A DNA stretch of 64,000 bases from the NCBI GenBank assembly GCA_963662615.2, contig CAXXSR010000001.1, forward strand, positions 64,001 through 128,000. Reading direction: 5' to 3'. Under the pieces are notes generated by a model. That model was not told the origin of the DNA. It did not search any database and saw only the letters and a list, made by a program, of their open reading frames with translations. Shown one piece after another: positions 61,602-64,000 of this stretch (its first letter is position 1; each line of letters opens with the position of its first letter). The translations under genes were made by a program, and so were the position numbers. This DNA is from Dehalococcoidia bacterium (GTDB lineage Bacteria > Chloroflexota > Dehalococcoidia > Bin125).

Positions 61602-61821
61602 CTGCGACAGTCAAGGGACAGGGGCGGGACAGCCCCGAGACAGGGCGTTGAGGGTCGGCGGTGAAGTCCCATATACGTGAACTATAGCACGCGGTAAGAG
61701 GATAGACAATCAAAGGGGGTTGCCAGGTGTGGAAGGGACATAACGATCGACTGGGCCGCGCGTGAGTCGGGCCCGGGGAGTGAAGGTAGGCTCCCGGCAT
61801 CTGGGGGTCGGGGCGGGCAGG

Positions 61822-62826
61822 TCAGGGGGCGCTGCCGACGACCGGGAGGCCGTCGCCGCGCGCCGCGTTGATGGTCTCGATCACGCGCTGATCGAACGGG
61901 GGGTAGCCGATCTCGAACTCTTCGACGAGACGCGAGTTGTCCATGAGGAAGAGGCCTGACGCCTCGCGCCCGCCCTCGTCCGCTTCGAACGTGATCTCGG
62001 CGTCGGGCAGGAACCCGCGCACGGTGTCGGCGAGCTGGCCCATGCTGAGTGACTCGCCGCCCGAGTTGTAGATCGCGTAGCGCGTCTCTGCCGCCAGCGT
62101 CACGCGCACGAAGACCTCGGCGATGTCCTCCACGTGGAGGGGGATGGTCATGGTGTCGCGGAAGGGGAAGTGGACGGGCTCGCCGCGGGCCGGGAGCACT
62201 TGGCAGCGCACGTGGTTCATTGAGCCTCGCACCTTGTCCGGGCCGGTGACGTTGGCGGGACGCACGCCCGTAATCGCCATATCGAAGGCGCGGTTGTACC
62301 AGTCGGCCTGGTACTCGTTGAAGATCTTCGAGACCGCGTACAGACTCGTCCCGAGGCGCGCGTCATCCTCCACGACCGCGCGCTCCCCGTGCAGATGCTG
62401 CTGTCCGTACACGGCGAGCGAACTCGCGTAGACCACGCGACGGATGCCGAGGATGCGCGCTGCCTCGAAGCAGTTGTCCATGCCGAGGATGTTCAGCCGG
62501 ACCTGCGGGTGGGGATCGTCCTCGCCGGGCGCCGGCCCAGGAGCCCCCGGCCGGTCCGCGAGGGCTCGCGATCGCTCGGCAGCTCCGACGCCCAGGGCGT
62601 AGGCGAGGTTGAGTACGCGGTCGGGCGGGCTCAGCGCCATCGCCTCCATCACGTCGTCCATCAGGGTGATGTCGCCGCGGACGATTTCGATGCTGTCGCG
62701 CAGGCCCTCAAGCGAGGGCGAGCCGGGCGCAATGTCCATGCAGCGGACCTCGTGCCCGCGCTCCAGCAGCCGCCGCATCACGCGCGGCCCGATGAAGCCG
62801 CTGCCCCCCAGCACCAATACGCGCAC
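61822..62826 (-). CDS. NAD-dependent epimerase/dehydratase (extended SDR)
   Basis: GGSGFIG, ASSLAVYG and YAVSK motifs. Confidence 0.9.
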   Translation of the reverse strand: MRVLVLGGSGFIGPRVMRRLLERGHEVRCMDIAPGSPSLEGLRDSIEIVRGDITLMDDVMEAMALSPPDRVLNLAYALGVGAAERSRALADRPGAPGPAPGEDDPHPQVRLNILGMDNCFEAARILGIRRVVYASSLAVYGQQHLHGERAVVEDDARLGTSLYAVSKIFNEYQADWYNRAFDMAITGVRPANVTGPDKVRGSMNHVRCQVLPARGEPVHFPFRDTMTIPLHVEDIAEVFVRVTLAAETRYAIYNSGGESLSMGQLADTVRGFLPDAEITFEADEGGREASGLFLMDNSRLVEEFEIGYPPFDQRVIETINAARGDGLPVVGSAP

Positions 62827-62877
62827 GCCTCGTCCTTCCGGAACGCGCCGGCGTCGGCGCGCGGCGAGATTAGCAAC

Positions 62878-63005
62878 CGATCATCGCCGCGGTCAACGGT
62901 GCAGCCATGGGGTTGGGCGCGACCATGGCGCTCTTCTCGGACATCATCATTGCGGCCGACGATGTCCGCATTGGCGATCCCCATGCGCGAATCGGCGTGG
63001 TGGCT
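62878..63005 (+). pseudogene. Enoyl-CoA hydratase internal fragment
   Basis: IIAAVNGAAMGLGATMALFSDIIIA..IGDPHARIGVVA. Confidence 0.8.
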
Positions 63006-63068
63006 TGCCGGCGGCGGCAGATCGAATCCGCGCCCGGCAGGACGTCCGACTGGCGCGGGATCGAGCGG

Positions 63069-63719
63069 CTACGCGCCTGGTGTGTCGCCGGGCGGTTGGT
63101 TGCCGGGCGGTGGGTCCCGGCGCAGGGCGTCACGCACCGGAGGCCAGTTGCGCGCCAGGTCAGGGGTCGGCGGCTCCAAGGGCGGAGGGGGCGTCGCGTA
63201 GAAACTGCCGGCCGGTTGGGTGATCAGCTCCACGAACACCGGCCCTTCCAGGCTCAGCAGCTCGTCAAAGGCGGCGTCGAACGCCTCCACGTCGTCGAAG
63301 CGCACGGCGTGGCGGTAGCCGGCCTCCCGCGCCATCCCCGCGAAGGACAGCGTGTCGTCCGCGGGGATCGGCTGACCACCGCTGGTCTCGTAGGTGCCGT
63401 TGCGGAAGACCAGGTGCAGCAAGCGCTGAGGAGCGGCGCCGGCGATCGTGGCCAGGGAGCCCAACTGCATCAGCAAGGAGCCGTCGCCATCAATGATCCA
63501 CACCGGCAGATCCGGCCGCGCCAGCGCGACGCCCAGTCCAAACGTGGAAGCGCCGCCCATGAAGCCAACGCAGCGGAGGTTGCGGTCGCTGGGCGAGCGC
63601 TTCTCCCACGGTCCCCGTGCCGTCATGGTGGCCATCACGACCTGGTCCGTGCGCCGGCGCGCCAAGATGTCCAGGGCGCCGTCGCGCGACATGCGCCGAA
63701 TGTCGGGCGGTTCGGACAT
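63069..63719 (-). CDS. TPP-binding sulfopyruvate/phosphonopyruvate decarboxylase beta subunit (ComE-like)
   Basis: MGGAS..GLG, IDGDGSLLM.LG and NGTYETSGGQ motifs. Confidence 0.87.
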   Translation of the reverse strand: MSEPPDIRRMSRDGALDILARRRTDQVVMATMTARGPWEKRSPSDRNLRCVGFMGGASTFGLGVALARPDLPVWIIDGDGSLLMQLGSLATIAGAAPQRLLHLVFRNGTYETSGGQPIPADDTLSFAGMAREAGYRHAVRFDDVEAFDAAFDELLSLEGPVFVELITQPAGSFYATPPPPLEPPTPDLARNWPPVRDALRRDPPPGNQPPGDTPGA

Positions 63720-63727
63720 GCAGCCCC

Positions 63728-64000
63728 CTATTCTGTCTCCACCCCCACCAGCAGGGCGATCGGGCCGGCTCGCTCCTCCGCTTCCTGGAACGCGCGCGGC
63801 AGAGCGTCCACGTCGGTTCGGTGCTCCAAAAGGCGACAGGGGATATCAAGCGCGTCGAGGAGCGGCTGCGCCAACCGCACCATGGAGCCAAAGTCTTCGC
63901 GGGGCGCTTTGGCGGGATCGCGACCCAAGAGACCGATCAGCAGCACCAGCGGGAAACAACCATCGATGCCGATCCCGCGCAGGTAGTTCACGCAGGCGAA
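63728..64000 (-). CDS. Decarboxylase alpha subunit (ComD-like), 3' part
   Basis: PLVLLIG..QPLLDALDIP..PIALL; adjacent to the beta subunit gene. Confidence 0.72.
   Translation of the reverse strand, partial: FACVNYLRGIGIDGCFPLVLLIGLLGRDPAKAPREDFGSMVRLAQPLLDALDIPCRLLEHRTDVDALPRAFQEAEERAGPIALLVGVETE

Overview
GC-rich bacterial window. The lipoprotein style (xACGDDDD lipoboxes, amidohydrolase paralogues, an F420 oxidoreductase) suggests a Dehalococcoidia-like Chloroflexota; this is inference only. The region is a patchwork of 1-4 gene modules (amidohydrolases, ABC components, TolB/PQQ propellers, sulfurtransferases, typA, msrA, tcuA) mixed with at least a dozen truncated gene fragments. Two signals stand out. 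(1) A linalool dehydratase/isomerase-like gene (30865-32400) has in-frame TGA codons at exactly the two catalytic Cys positions (U-E-x7-U), each followed by a SECIS-like hairpin, making it a candidate undescribed double-selenocysteine enzyme. (2) About 30 strictly intergenic copies of a 34-36 bp palindrome (AACTCTATGTCGGACAG-NN-CTGTCCGACATAGAGTT) sit at module and fragment junctions, together with four remnants of one tyrosine recombinase and tRNA-Gly(CCC) scars, which suggests a site-specific cassette-shuffling system. Also present are an intact IS with solo ends, a 76-bp MITE, an orphan c-di-AMP riboswitch and a decayed SIR2/STAND/patatin/EEP/C1-peptidase cluster.
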